Shown: in pieces, positions 13,932 to 26,990 of the stretch
How the letters are laid out: each line of letters opens with the position of its first letter
Position numbering within the stretch: the stretch's first letter is position 1
DNA from: Cenococcum geophilum
Taxonomy: Eukaryota
Direction of reading: 5' to 3'
NCBI GenBank assembly: GCA_050273025.1
Contig: CP158635.1
Span: 32,922,001-32,986,000 of the forward strand
Length of the DNA: 64,000 bases
Notes under the pieces: generated by a model
Databases searched by the model: none
Told to the model about the DNA's origin: nothing
The model's input: only the letters and a program-made list of their open reading frames with translations
Position numbers and translations under genes: made by a program

Positions 13932-16900
13932 CTACCCCCCCTCTTATAGAGGCGGAGCTCTGGCGACGCTGTAGTTACTATATATATATAGAAGGGACAC
14001 TTAAGGTATAAAAAAGAAGAAGAAGGGGGGTATTGTTAAAGGCTTAAAACAACGTTATGTAATAGGGCTTAGCATCTAAAAATCTAACTAATTAGATAAC
14101 TTTAACCACCGGTTAAAGTTCCTAGACATCTTAACAATATTCCGGTTATATAATTACACTTTACCGCAATCTAATAGTAATTTAACGGCAATTTGCCCTT
14201 ATATAGCAATATACAACGGTTTAACTCTATAAGGGCTCCTATAAAGGATTAGGTATAAAGTCTCTACTTAGGCCCAGTTTCTATAGGTTTATATAGTAAA
14301 AGTCCCTAATTAGATCCTTTACATTTTTAAAGTCTTCCTATAGTTGCCATTCTAGCTAATTTATATCAAATCCTATATATATAGCTCTATAGTAGAGCCG
14401 TTATCCTCTACCTTTGCTAAAGTATTTAGAGTTAATAATTTATTTAACGGTCCACTCCTTATAGTTCTTATCTTTGTTCTCGTCTCGGATTAGTACTAGT
14501 AGGGGTTTAGGCTATATCTACCCTAGTAAGGGGTTAGGCTAATAGAGGTGTAGTAGCTATAGGTAAAATATAGGCTATATCCTACGGGTAGCTAGAGTAG
14601 GTGGGAGTTCTAGCTTATATACAGCTCCCCTATTAATAACTTATTTAATTAAATAGGGGCTAAGGTTTTTATAATTAAGTGACTTTATAGGCCTCTATAT
14701 AGAGATATTACGTATATCTAGCTATACCTAGTCGCTAACACGTATCTCTGGTAGTGGCGTTCTATAATAGTCGGCGAAGTAGGCCTACTTTACTTAAGCC
14801 TAGGCCATTTCTCCCTTATAGTAGTCGAGTAGATTTTTTATACGGTCTGTATGCTAGTCGGCAAGTAGCATCTTAAGGCGTTTTCTATATGGCAGTTTCT
14901 TATTAATAGGTTCTAGTGGCTCTATGCCGAATTAGGGGTAATAACCCTTATTCGCGAAGAACGGGGTAAGTCCTATAGTGGTTAAGATATAATTATTTAT
15001 TGCGAATTTACCTAGTAGGAGGTAATCTACCTAGTTATTTTAACTATAGGCAACTACCTATTATAGGTACGCTTTTATACTAGCATTAGCGTTTTCCGGT
15101 TACCTAGTAGTTTTATAGTAAAAGGATATAGATATCTTAACGGAGATGCCAAGGCGTTAGCAGATTTGTCTCTATATTTTGGAGTTAAATTATATACCTT
15201 AGTCAGACGTAATTAAGTTAGGTAACCTATATAGTTAGTAAACTTCGCAAAAAAAGGCGTTAGTAACGTTACTAACGGCTACGCCTTTAGTTAAAACGTA
15301 GTGGCGCTCTTTTATAAGTCGGTATATTATTATAAGGATGTTCTTATAGGTACGGCTATATTATTTATAGGGTGGTAGGTTAATAACGAAATCTATAGCA
15401 ATATCTGCCTATTATTATATAAGTACTAGTAGAGGGTGCAGTAGTCCTTAGTACTTTATATTAAAGGCCTTAGCGCGCTTATAACCGTAGTAGGCGCCTA
15501 TAAAGCGTTTAACTAAGTCTATTATTTTTGGCCAGAAGTAGTATCGGCTAAGAAGCTTATAGGTTCCTCCTCTGCTTAGGTAGCCGCTTAATTAGAGGTT
15601 ATAGGCCATTTAGATTAGTTGCCGTTGTAGATTTTCTAAGTTAGGGATAAATAGGCAGCCTCTATAATAGAGCCTATTTTCTTTTACTTCTAAGGCTACT
15701 ATATTAATCTAGCCTAAGCTTTAGAGGTTAGTAAACAGCGTATAGGCGCTAGCGGTCTTTATAGTAATAAGTTAATATAGTAATAGGTTAATAGAGGCGT
15801 TATATGCCGTAATAATAAGCTTGTTAATTTTAGGAGGTAACTTTAGTTCTATGGTATAAAGCTAGGGTATAGTTGGCTCTATTATAGGTAGTATGCCTAG
15901 GGCTAAATTTTATGCTTTTAGAATCGTCTATTATTAGAACTAATTATAAAGGTTATCTTTAGACTAAGGAAGGTTTTGCGAGCGGCGTATTAGGCTATTA
16001 AGTTTAGTACCTTATACTTCTAATCTATATATAATTTTAAAGTTAAAACTAGAGAAGAACTCGTTCTAATATACTTAGCGTTAGTTTAGCTACTTTGTAG
16101 TTATAAAGTACTTAAGGTTGCGATAGTCTGTAAAGACTTTAGTTGGCTAGTTAGGCTCTACTAAGGAGAGTTTTAGTTAGAATTCTTTAAACGCTTATAT
16201 AATTATAAGGAGTTTTTTATTATAGATTTTGTAGTTATACTATTATAGTGTAAGCTTAGATAAGTAGAATGCGACTAGGTAAAGAAGACCGTTATCACCT
16301 ATCTAGGAAAAGATGCCTGCGTTAACGTAGTCTAAGAAGTTAGTTTTAAGGTAGAGTTGTTGTCCTAGTATAAAGTAAGCTAGGATAGGTGCTTTAGTAA
16401 AGGTATTTTTAAGGTCTTAAAACGCCTTCTTGTATTTAGGCGTCTAGGTAAAGCATAGATGCGTTTTTCTTCCTTTTATAGAAAGGCCCTTTATTTATAT
16501 CATTGCTATAAGTAGTGCTATTACGCCTAAGAAGTTGTATATGAATTTCTAATAGAAGTTGGCGAAACTAAGGAAGGCTTATACGTCCTTAATGTAATTA
16601 AGGGCTTGTTATTCGGTAATTATATATACCTTTTTAGGGTCCATATGGACACCCTTAGTAGTAATAATTAGTTTAAGGTATTTTACTTCTATAACTAAGA
16701 ATTTGTATTTCTTTAAATTAATATAAAGTCCTATGTCCCTAAGGCGCTATAGGACCTTTTAAACGTATTTAGTATACTTAAAGGGGTTATTATTATAAAT
16801 AAGTATATTGTCTAGGTACGCAGAGCAGAAGTCGTTAAGGTAGTCCTATAAGGCGTTATTAATATAGCTTTAAAAGGTGCCTAGGCCGTTATATACGCCA

Positions 16901-19881
16901 AAGGGCATAACGGTATATTTAAATTAGCTAAAGCGCGATGCGAATACGGTTTTCTATTTGTTACCTTCCCGTATTTAGAAATAGTTAAAGGCGGCGATAA
17001 TATTAAGCTTAGTATAGATTTTAGCTTAACTAAGCCGCTTAAGGTCTTACGTATAAGCGGTACTGGGTATTAGTTTTTAATCGTAATAGCGTTAAGTCCT
17101 TTATAGTTAATATAGAATTAAATACCTCCTCCTAGCTTCTTAGCAAGAAGGATAGGGGCGGCTACTAGTAATATACTAGGACGAATAAATCCTTTATTAA
17201 GGTGCTCGTTAATATACTTTTTTATAACTAGAAGTTTATCTTTTAACATTAGGTAGGGTTTTTTATAAGGTAGCATTTTTCCTTATTTAATGTTAATAGT
17301 ATAATTATTAGGTTAATATAGGGGGAGTATATCTGCGCTCTTTTGTAAGCATATATTAGTAAAGTTATAGTACCTTTTAGGGAGGAGCTTACGGGGTTCT
17401 TTGTTAGTGAGTCCTTTTTTAAGCTTTATAAACTTCTTAAAGTCTAAAGGTAAAAGTCTATAGAGTTTTATAGGGGCGTCGTCTTCTAGAAGGTTAACTA
17501 TATCTATCTTATTACTATAAAGGACGTAGTTTTATTCTTTATTAAGCTTATATAGTTATAATTAGGAAGCTATAGTAATGGTCTAGCCTTTCTTACGTGC
17601 TATATAGTAGAAGGCCAGGGCACTTATATAGTAGTAGTTAATTATAGGTAGGGTAATAAGGGGTTCCTTAGGTTAATATCCTGGGGAGTAAATAGAGGCG
17701 GTTAGGTTATACCCTAGGCAAGTCTCTTTACAGTATTTAAAGTTAAAGGTTACTTTTCTCTTCTTCTAGTTAATAGTGGGGTTATATTATTTAAGCTAGT
17801 TTATTCTAAGGATAATAGGGTAGTTAGTAAGTAGTATAATATAGGCCTAGAGTTCTTTCTAGTGCCCATTTATATCTAGGTAGAGTTATGCTATATAGGT
17901 AATCTTCTATACGGTATAATTACTATTAGCGAGTTATAGGGCGTAGGCTTTAGTAAGGGGTAAGGTAAGTAGGTTATAAGTACGCATAAATTAGGTATCT
18001 ATAAATTTGTTAGTAGCTTTGTAATTAATTATAGAACGGCTTTTATATTGTTTTTTAGTAGTAGTTCCTATTATAGGTAAAACTATCTATTTCCATCCGT
18101 TTATCTTTATAGAGTTATCTATTAAGTAAGCCAATATATAAATCCCTCCGTTATTAGGGCGTCCTAACCCATAACTTAGGGCTAAGACTTAGCGTTTTCC
18201 GTTTCTGTATCTAACTCTACCGCTATTACTATATCTTTATCTTATACGGTAGTAGCGTATAGCAACGTATTTAGTGTTTAGGGTATTAGGTTAGGTATTA
18301 GGTAGCGGCTACTAAACCTAGCTATTAAGTAGTTTAGGTTATTATAATAATAGCCTTCTTAACGGCATCTATAGCAGCGTCCTAGTTTTTAAAGTAGCTC
18401 GCGCTCTCCATCTAGGAGTTTTTATAGGAAGGTTAGTATAGAGAAATCAATATTAGTTCTGGTAGTACTTAAGGTAGTAGGCGTTAGTAGCTTAGTATAC
18501 GTGGGTTTAGTAGGCCCAGAGGGCTTCTATAGAGAGGTCTTTAGGTAAGGGTTAGTAGTAGCAATCTAATTTAGTTGTTGTTTAATCTTCTGTAGAGCTA
18601 CTACTATATTATAAACATCGTTATAGTTATGGCTGGCCGCTGCGTAACTAAGGCGATAAATAACTTTTTTAAGGAGGTCCTCCTAATCTTTAGTATTATC
18701 TTAGGCGAGGGCTCTAGTGTATTCCTAGAATTTAATATAGAATTTATTAAATAATTTAGTAGGGCTTATCTTTAGGGCACGTAGTTTAGCTTAGTTAGTG
18801 GCCAGTAGGTTATAGTCGCGGTATATTAGGTTAAGATTATTAAGGACTTCTTAATAGGACTACTACTTTTAGGGGCTACTAGTCTCCTATTAGGCGAAGA
18901 GTCTATTAAATAGTATACCCTTTATTCGCCTAATAATATAGCCGATCTTAGTGTCTTTTATAGGAAAAAGGTAGGTACTTTAAGTTAGTTTCTTACGGAT
19001 TTATATCTTCTAGTGGCTATATTCCTTGCGGTCTCCCTAAAAGACTAGGGGATTAGGGTAGCGTGTATTAAACCCTATAGTAGCAGTTTGGGTCCAATTA
19101 TTATGGCTTTTATTATTACTACTTTAGTAGGGGTTCCTATTAGGTGAAGCTGCTTAGTACTAACCCTCTATTAAGTATTAAGTAGGTGAAGTTACCGGGG
19201 GCGTAAAGACTTAGGTAGCGTTATTATATATATACTTATTAAGCTAAGATTATAGGTATTTAATTATGCCTTCTCTTTTAGTAACTGTAGTAATTAGTAC
19301 AATCTTAGCCTTCTTTAACTGTTAAACGTCGCGTTTAAACACACAGAGGTCGTCTTTAGTTTCTTAATGTGTGTTATTAGCAAGCGCCTTACGAGCTTAT
19401 AGGTCTTGGATAATATCGCGATCTTAGGTAGTACGCATCTCGGCTTATATAAGCTTTAGGTAGTAGTTCTGTAAAAGGTAGTAGTATTTATTAGGGTTTC
19501 GTACTACCATTTTCGCAAACGTCTTAGCGTCTTATATTTTAATTTTAATGGGTAGTAGCCCTTTTATTTGCTTATCCGTAGTTATATAGTTAATAAAAGA
19601 TAAGACATTATTAGTGTCCGTCTCCTTAGGGGTTAAGGCTAAGGCTAATAAATCAAATTCTCCTAGGATTAATTGGCGTTGTAAGTTAAGTATAGATATT
19701 GGATTGTTCTTTAGGTTTAATATAGTAGCTAGTAAGGGATATTGTCTTACTATTATGGGTTCCTTAGAAGTATAAAGTGAGGTAATTTATAGACACGCTG
19801 CTTTTAGCAGTGCCTATAGTATTATAAAGACGTAGAATTGGTTATAGGCTAAGCGTTAGTAGTAAAAAACGTATAACGTAA

Positions 19882-20074
19882 TATTATAGGGCGGGGGCAG
19901 TAGCTACAAAGCGTATGTATTTAAGGAGTCTATAAGACGTTACGCGATCGATCGTAGGGGTTAAGGGCGTAAGGAGGTGATATACCTACGCGTAGCTGAT
20001 ATAAGCTGTACGCGAGGTGTATGTAAGAGCACAGAGCTCTCCTATAGAGGCCCCTATAGTGGGGTTCCGTAATA
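19882..20074 (-). repeat. 5' LTR of Gypsy element 1 (193 bp)
   Basis: tattatagggcggggg...gttccgtaata; RIPed copy of 13739-13931. Confidence 0.95.
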
Positions 20075-20107
20075 TATATTAACCACTCCCTTCTCTAATA
20101 TCTTATA

Positions 20108-21224
20108 TCTATTCACTTGCTTGTAGAGATAGAGATATATTCTAAATAATGTATTGTATTGGGGGGTGTAGGCCTAAGGAGAGGGTAATCATCTCAGCCT
20201 GCTGTATTGCATAGGTTCCCTACTGTCTTAAGCAGCAGTAGATGATTACACACTCATTGCCCTACTCGGGCCTACCGCAAGCCTAAGAGGCTGCAAAATC
20301 TATCTATAGGGTGGAGGGTGGGAAAGCGAAAAGCCGAAAGGCTGATTGTGATAGATATTGATGTTGCTGTTCGGAGGGAAGGCGTGACTTCGCTTTGAAT
20401 AGACATTTTTATCTATTCACTTGCTCGCAGAGATAGAGATATATTCTAAATAATGTATTGTATTGGGGGGTGTAGGCCCAAGGAGAGGGTAATCATCTCA
20501 GCCTGCTGTATTGCATAGGTTCCCTACTGTCTCAAGCAGCAGTAGATGATTACACACTCATTGCCCCAAACAACGCGTACCGCCAGAAGGTAGTGGTACG
20601 AGGCCTGCGCCCAACAACCAATATAGAAGTAAGAATATATCATCTCTTTGCGCCCGTGGGGTATCGAAGACCGTTCAGGTAATCTCGCCTCAGCCTGCTA
20701 TGCAGTGGTAGATAATTACTTACGTACCGCCAGAACCTAGCGGTACGAGGCCTACGCCTAATAACCATAGAAGTAGGAATATATGTCGTCTCTTTGCATA
20801 GAGTATCGTTAAAAACCGTTCGGGTAGGTAAATATCGAAGGCTATTAACGACGACGACGTAGGAAGCTAGAAAGCGTCAATTCAAAACCTGTTAAAAAAC
20901 CCTATGGGAAAAATTGTCAGGAAAGACTACTTATCAATAGCTTGTGGAAATCGCGAAGCTGTTCGTAATAAATCACGAGGCTGTTCGTGATAAATCGCGA
21001 AGCTATTTATAGGTTCGCGATTCTCCAAGGGGTAAGACGTTTTATCGCGACGACAGCACAGCGCCGTATGGCATAGTATTATCGAGGCTATAAAACGAAT
21101 GAACAACAAAATCTCTATCAAATAAGCCTTATTTCAAAGCGAAAAGCCGAAAGGCTGATTGTGATAGATATTGATGTTGCTGTTCGGAGGGAAGGCGTGA
21201 CTTCGCTTTGAATAGACATTTTTA
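20108..21224 (+). mobile_element. Head-to-tail tandem of two non-autonomous elements (304 bp and 813 bp), Helitron2/Helentron-like
   Basis: Unit 1 is 20108-20411 and unit 2 is 20412-21224. They share a 155-bp 5' block and an identical 89-bp 3' block. Ends are TCTATTCA...TGAATAGA-CATTTTTA (asymmetric inverted repeat), with hairpin AGCCGAAAGGCT. The FunK1 frame rejoins on removal. The insertion itself is well supported; the family call is inference. Confidence 0.7.
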
Positions 21225-23689
21225 TAGTAGTTTACCTTCTTCCTTACGCTCTAGGTACTATTACGAGTCTTTAATAATAAGGGGTATCTTAGGTGTCCCC
21301 TTACGGTGTGCTTTTTAGTAAGTAGTCGCTTAACTAGCGATATAGCGTGCCCGCTTTATAAGTTCGTTAAGGATAAGACGCTTAGTTTAATTATTACACA
21401 TGACCTTAATATATCGCTTACCGTCTAATATTAGAATAGTAGGGTTAAACCTAAGCTGCTCCTTATTTATTTAGAGAAATCCTAACATCGCTAAGGTAAA
21501 TTATAATCCGTCTTTATTAATATCAAATAGTAATAATGCGATGCCTCCTACTTGGTTATACTTCTATAGCCGTATAATAAATTTATAAAGGGTAAAACCT
21601 AAGACAAAGTGACGAGTGTCTTAAGCGGCAAAGACTTCTCTTATATATTTTTCTAAATTAAACTATGCTTACAAGGCTATATCGGTATTTAAATTACTCT
21701 TTAGCTCTCTTAGCATAAGTATATACAACTAATAGCATTAAGAGCTTTTACTAGCTATTGGATTATCTATAAAACCGATATTTAGCTTTTGCTTTGCTAT
21801 AGACCCTTATAAGGGCTGCTTAGTATATATAATAAGCGTTTATTATATCTTTAGGGCGGACCTATACTCCTCTACAAAGCTTAAAAATAATTTAATTAGG
21901 TTATTAAACTACTCTAGGACATTAATCTACTCCGCGCTTTTAGGCCAGTTACGCTAGCCGCCCTTAGCATATAGTAGATTGTCCTCTTCCTTATATTTCT
22001 TAAAAACGGCGGCGCTTGCCTCTTTAAGACCTTCTACTTTCCTAAAGAATACTTTATATAAGCTAGGAATCCCTACATAAAGAGAGCCTAGCTCCTCCTT
22101 TAGAATATAATCTATATATTACCTATATTTAAACGAGTTAGTAAAACTGCTTATATTACGCAGATGTGGGGTTTGTTAAATATAGAGTGGTAGTGGTTAA
22201 GGGGAAGACGTGGGCTCTATTATAGTGGTAATAGTATTACTCTAAACGTCCTTATCTAATTCGCGATTAATAACTATTTTTAGGAGAGGGGTAAACCGTT
22301 TAATATTAAAGTCGTTAAAATTAACTAAAGGGAGGAGTTAGAGAAGGTCACTATAAAGAGTGCCGCGGCTAGCGCTAGACGAGAGTAGTTAAGCAGCGAG
22401 AAGGTTCTATAATGCCAGAATAAGGTTAACTATAAGATTTTTAAGCCCTATATATCTTAGAGAGAACCTATAACGGATAAATTAACAATTACCTTTATAG
22501 CCTATCTGGCGCAACAAATCTAAAGAGCTAGGAATGCCTAAATTCTAATAAGTTAAGTTAAATAAATTACGAAAGCTATTTAGTCCTTCCCTAATAGGAT
22601 TTGTTTTAATCATCACTAATTTAGAGAGATTCGCCATTATAAGTAAATACGCTAAGAGCTACGTTAGGAGGGCCGGCGTAGTAGGTAGGTAGGTAGGTGG
22701 GGAAAGGAGATTAAAGAGGCTAGTATATAAGGACGGTATAATAGTAAATAAATATAAGGAGGTTAAGAATATATCGGGCGCGTCTTATAATAAGGAAATA
22801 ACTAGGGGGAAAAGTATAAGGAAAAAAGTAAGGTACGAGTAAACGTAAGGATTAAAAATTAGGTGTAAAAAAGTCAAGCTAACCTAAGGTGGCTTAGACT
22901 AAGGCTTTATAGGGCTTAGTTAAATGCTAAGCCATAATAGCCTAAATGCGGGTAGGTAGCGTTTTCTAGTCTATAACTAATTATACTTATTAGTTTTAGT
23001 TTATTTCGTAACGTATAAGGCTCTAATATAGCGGGGCTCTTATATAGTAAGGCTAAAGGGGGGCTAGAGAATAGGTTAACTATAGGGTTAGTTATATAAG
23101 CGTCTATAAATAATTATATAGCCGGTCCTAAAATAAGCTAAACCTAATATACTAAATATAGATATAGTTAACCTTCTTAAAAATATGTTCTAGTTCCCAG
23201 AACTAAATCCTATTTTTAAAATTACGCCCTTTTTTATAGTAGTTAATTGGCCTATATCTAAAATAGGAATTAGGATCTAGTCTCTAGAATTAAATCTAGT
23301 TTTAGGATTATAATTTATACTAGAACCTAGAATTGGGATATAGTCTTTAAAATTAAAATATAATTTTTAGAATCGGATCTAGTTCTTAGAACAAGATCCT
23401 ATTTTTAGTCAAAACTTAGGCCAATATTAAGGGGTAGATCCTATATTTATTCTTAATATTCCTACCCTATTAATATAAAATTCAGAGTTAACTTACACCT
23501 TAAAATAGGAGGATATTTAAATTTAGAAGGTAGTAAGTTAAGGCGGTTAATTTCTTAGTGGTAAAGACTTTTTAAAACGCACCTCCATACTATAAGTAAG
23601 TCTCTTAACTTTAGTCTAATATATAAAAACTTGTTCCTTTATATATAAACAATAATAAGATATTCTTAATATAGAAATAACTAGATAGA

Positions 23690-24760
23690 AACAAAACACC
23701 AAGCTAAGGAAATCCTAATTAACGCCTTAATTCTTAACAAATGCTAGAAGAGATAAGTGTAATTGCGAAAATCTATCCCTATAATAAATTTATTATTCCT
23801 TAGGCTTCTTAAAACCTCTATCTCCGGTATAAACCGCCTTTCTCTTATATATCCTTCTCCTTAATAGCTCTTTTAATAAACCCTTTAATGCCCTCTTAGC
23901 TATCTCTATTATAACATCTTAAAGTGGTTTATATATTTTAGTATAACGATAAAGAAAATAAGGATTTTTAGTATAGTATATTATAAGTCTCTCTTATAGT
24001 ATATCCACGGCTAAAACCTAGGTAGGATACCAGTATATTACTATAGTAGAACTATATAAAAATATAATTCCTCTATAACTAGGGTTTTAGAGACGTGTTA
24101 TATCCTTTATTGTATAATAAGTAGGTAACTAGGATATAAAATACTTTACTTATCCGCTTAAGATCTTAGTATTAGAAATTATTAACACTTTAGATAGATA
24201 TATATAGATTAAGCCATTCTCTACTTAATTATTAGTGTTGCTAAATAATATAGGTGTCTTGTAAATATACCTCTAGGTACCAGTAAAATATGTTTAGAAC
24301 CTATAACTATATTTATCTACTAGGATAAGCCTTTAACGTAGTTCTCTTTTAGTTAAGGTAAGTTTATCTTAGCCTCGCCATAGTCCTCCATTAGCTTAGG
24401 TAAGTCTGTCTTAGTTTTACTATAGCCTTTTAAACCCCTAAGGTAACTAAGGTATATTTTTTATACACTCGCTTAAACCATATCCTCTTATATATCGTCC
24501 TTTATATTATCGTCCTCTTTATAAAAACTAGCCTTATTAGGTGTTTAGGTAGGTATCTACTCCTATATACAACCGGAAAGCTATAATTATTTCTCCTCCC
24601 TACTATCGGACGCTATGTCTTTAGCGTTAATATAATTTTAAGACAATTTAGGGTTTCTAGTAGGTTAATAATTAGGTATAATATCTTCGGGGAGGTAGTA
24701 TATAGTAATGTCTTTATAAGCACTAATTAAGGGCCTATAGGCTATATTAGCAACGTATCT
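23690..24760 (-). pseudogene. Decayed hypothetical gene
   Basis: Long protein-like minus frame (KTDLPKLMEDYGEAKINL...IAKRALKGFIKRAIKEKD) with RIP-type stops; no family recognised. Confidence 0.35.
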
Positions 24761-26569
24761 AAATTTAGTTAAGGTAATATATATAATATCTAGTATTCTT
24801 ATAAGGATAGCTTATAAGGATAATAAGGGATATATAGTTAAGAGGTTAAATTTAAAGGTAAGTTAAATTAATAGCATATAAGAACTAGGAGTATAACGTT
24901 TATATTCTATTTCTCTCCTAGGGTAAAGTTAGGATAGAAGGCAGAAGGGAAAGGCAGAGTATACTAGCCGCCCTTTTCTACTTTATATAGTATCTATAGT
25001 ACAATATTTAGTAGCTGTAATTACTCTTAGCTTATATATTGTCTGTGCCTAAGATTATAGGCGCCTAAAGTGATCTATAAGTAAGGTATTATTAGGAGTA
25101 GTTATTAGCTAAGCTGCTACTAAATTTACATAGCTAATAATCCCTAACAGACGCTATATACCTTAATAGGGTTTAGAAGCGTTTGTATAAAGTTATAAAC
25201 TATAATTAGAAGTTAATAGTAACCCCTAATAACGCCTCTCTTAGCAGGAATAGCATTATATAATTTACTTCTAACGTCTATTCTTCCCGGGGCAAAACAC
25301 TACCTAAGTAGTAAACTTATCTTAGCTAGTTAATCTTATATATTAACCCCCTATCTATAGTAAAGGAGCTATTAATACCTATAGGGTGGTTTAGTTAGCA
25401 TTTTGGCTAAGCCCTTTATAAGCGCTCCACCTTATACGGGCGGTAATTAACTTCTATTAATCTGCCTTGCGTTAGGGGAGATCTTTTACTTAAGGCGCTA
25501 AGTAGCCAGTACTTAGAGGTCTATAGACATATTCTATATCCTAATAGTATTAACTATAACTCCCTAAATAATATCCCGCAACCCTTAAGTACCTATAAAT
25601 ATACTGTCCCTAAATTACTAGCTACTAAGTGGACATTTATAGATAGAGAACCGACTTTAGAGATAACGATAGTAACGTAGAGGCGTGGGCTAGTTGCGAA
25701 AGTAACTTTAGTAATAAGGATTAAGAATGGGACGCAGAGACATTATATAACGGAGAAAATAGTTTTAGTACTAAAGATTAATAAATAGGAGCGGATAGTA
25801 ATAAAGAGGTATTAAGCAATAAGGCTATATTGGCGACGGTTAAATACGGTGGCCTTAACTTTATAGTCTTAAATCTATAAGTAAAGGATAAAAATATAAA
25901 GAATAGTTCTAATAAAAGCTAGTAAAAGGGTTAAAACTTTGACCTCTTTTTATTTAGCCTATCGTGAAATAAAATAATATTTTACTATTCCTACTAGAGT
26001 CTCTACCAGCTTGACTTACAGCAAGCTATAAAGTATTCGCAATAATCTATACTTTTACTTAAATAAATTTATTTACTACCTTAAGGGCAATAATAGAAGG
26101 TAAATATATACTAACGACCTAGAAAATTTTAAATCTCTTAAGGATCTGGGACGTATACTACCTTAATAACTATTAGTCGTATTTAAGACTATAGTACTTA
26201 TAGATTTATATCTTAAGGATATAAACATATTCTTTTATAGTGTTTTCCTTTTATTTAAATTATTTCTCTACTTATAGTATATAGCGGTTATTTATCTATT
26301 CCGGTATAGTAGGGAGGGGTAATTAGGTTACGTAAGGGGGTTTAGACTTATAGCTACGCTTATAGGGCTATTTATATAGGAACTTCTCTAAGTATATATA
26401 AGGGGACTTTAAGTCGTTATAAAGTTTATAGGGGTCTTTATATAGGAACTTCTTTAATATTTCTAGATCTAGGACTTATATATATATATTATTTTTTCAT
26501 AGTTCTGGTATCTTCCTAATATTTACTTTTTATTTACATGCTAGGCGTTAATAGAGGGCGCTAGGTTAG

Positions 26570-26990
26570 ATTACCTTGCTTATATAATTGCCTAGCTTAT
26601 ATAATTACCTAGTTTATATAATTACCCAGCTTGCATAATTACCTAGTTTATATAATTACCTAGCTTATATAATTACCTAGCTTATAAGATTACCTAGCTC
26701 CTATAAGTACTATACTCGCATGGTTACTTAGCTCGCATAATTACCTAGCTTATAGGATTGGCTAGCTTCTACAAGTATCTAGCTTATATAATCGCCTAGT
26801 TTGTATAATCGCCTAGCTTATATAACTACCTAGCTTATAGGATTACCTAGCTCCTACGAGCACTATGCTTTTATAGTTACTTAGCTTATACAATTACCTA
26901 GCTTATAGAATTGGCTAGCTCTTATAAGTATCTAGCTTGTATAAGTATTTAGCTTATATAATTACCTAGCTTATAGGATTGCCTAGCTTA
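26570..26990. repeat. 17-bp minisatellite (ataattacctagcttat), about 24 units
   Basis: cctag/cccag recurs at 26591, 26608, 26625 and onward; bracketed by ~28-bp direct repeats at 26531 and 27004. Confidence 0.9.

Larger units (their letters stand above)
13739..20074 (-). mobile_element. Ty3/Gypsy LTR retrotransposon, full length, RIPed
   Basis: 193-bp LTR pair and TATAT TSD (13734-13738, 20075-20079). PPT aagagggggggtag on the minus strand next to the left LTR. Minus-strand order is gag, protease, RT (SAYLDNIL ~16810), RNase H (YNYKIYNKKLLII ~16220), integrase (~15100). Confidence 0.95.
12798..22637 (-). pseudogene. Fungal-type protein kinase (FunK1/Pkinase_fungal) pseudogene, copy 1, interrupted by two insertions
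   Basis: ATG GCG AAT CTC at 22637, stop at 12798-12800. Motifs FLIDFNF and ESFF*VLF*IYIYY. Collinear with 41059-43455 once 13739-20079 and 20108-21224 are removed. Confidence 0.85.

Noticed and set aside
20927..21121. 64-aa ORF inside the mini-element
   Set aside because: Non-ATG start, spans a 22-bp tandem repeat and has no recognisable motif; probably a chance ORF in un-RIPed DNA.
20108..21224. Hammerhead ribozyme/retrozyme or spliceosomal intron interpretation
   Set aside because: I found no CUGANGA core on either strand, and the insert does not start GT and end AG in the host gene's orientation.
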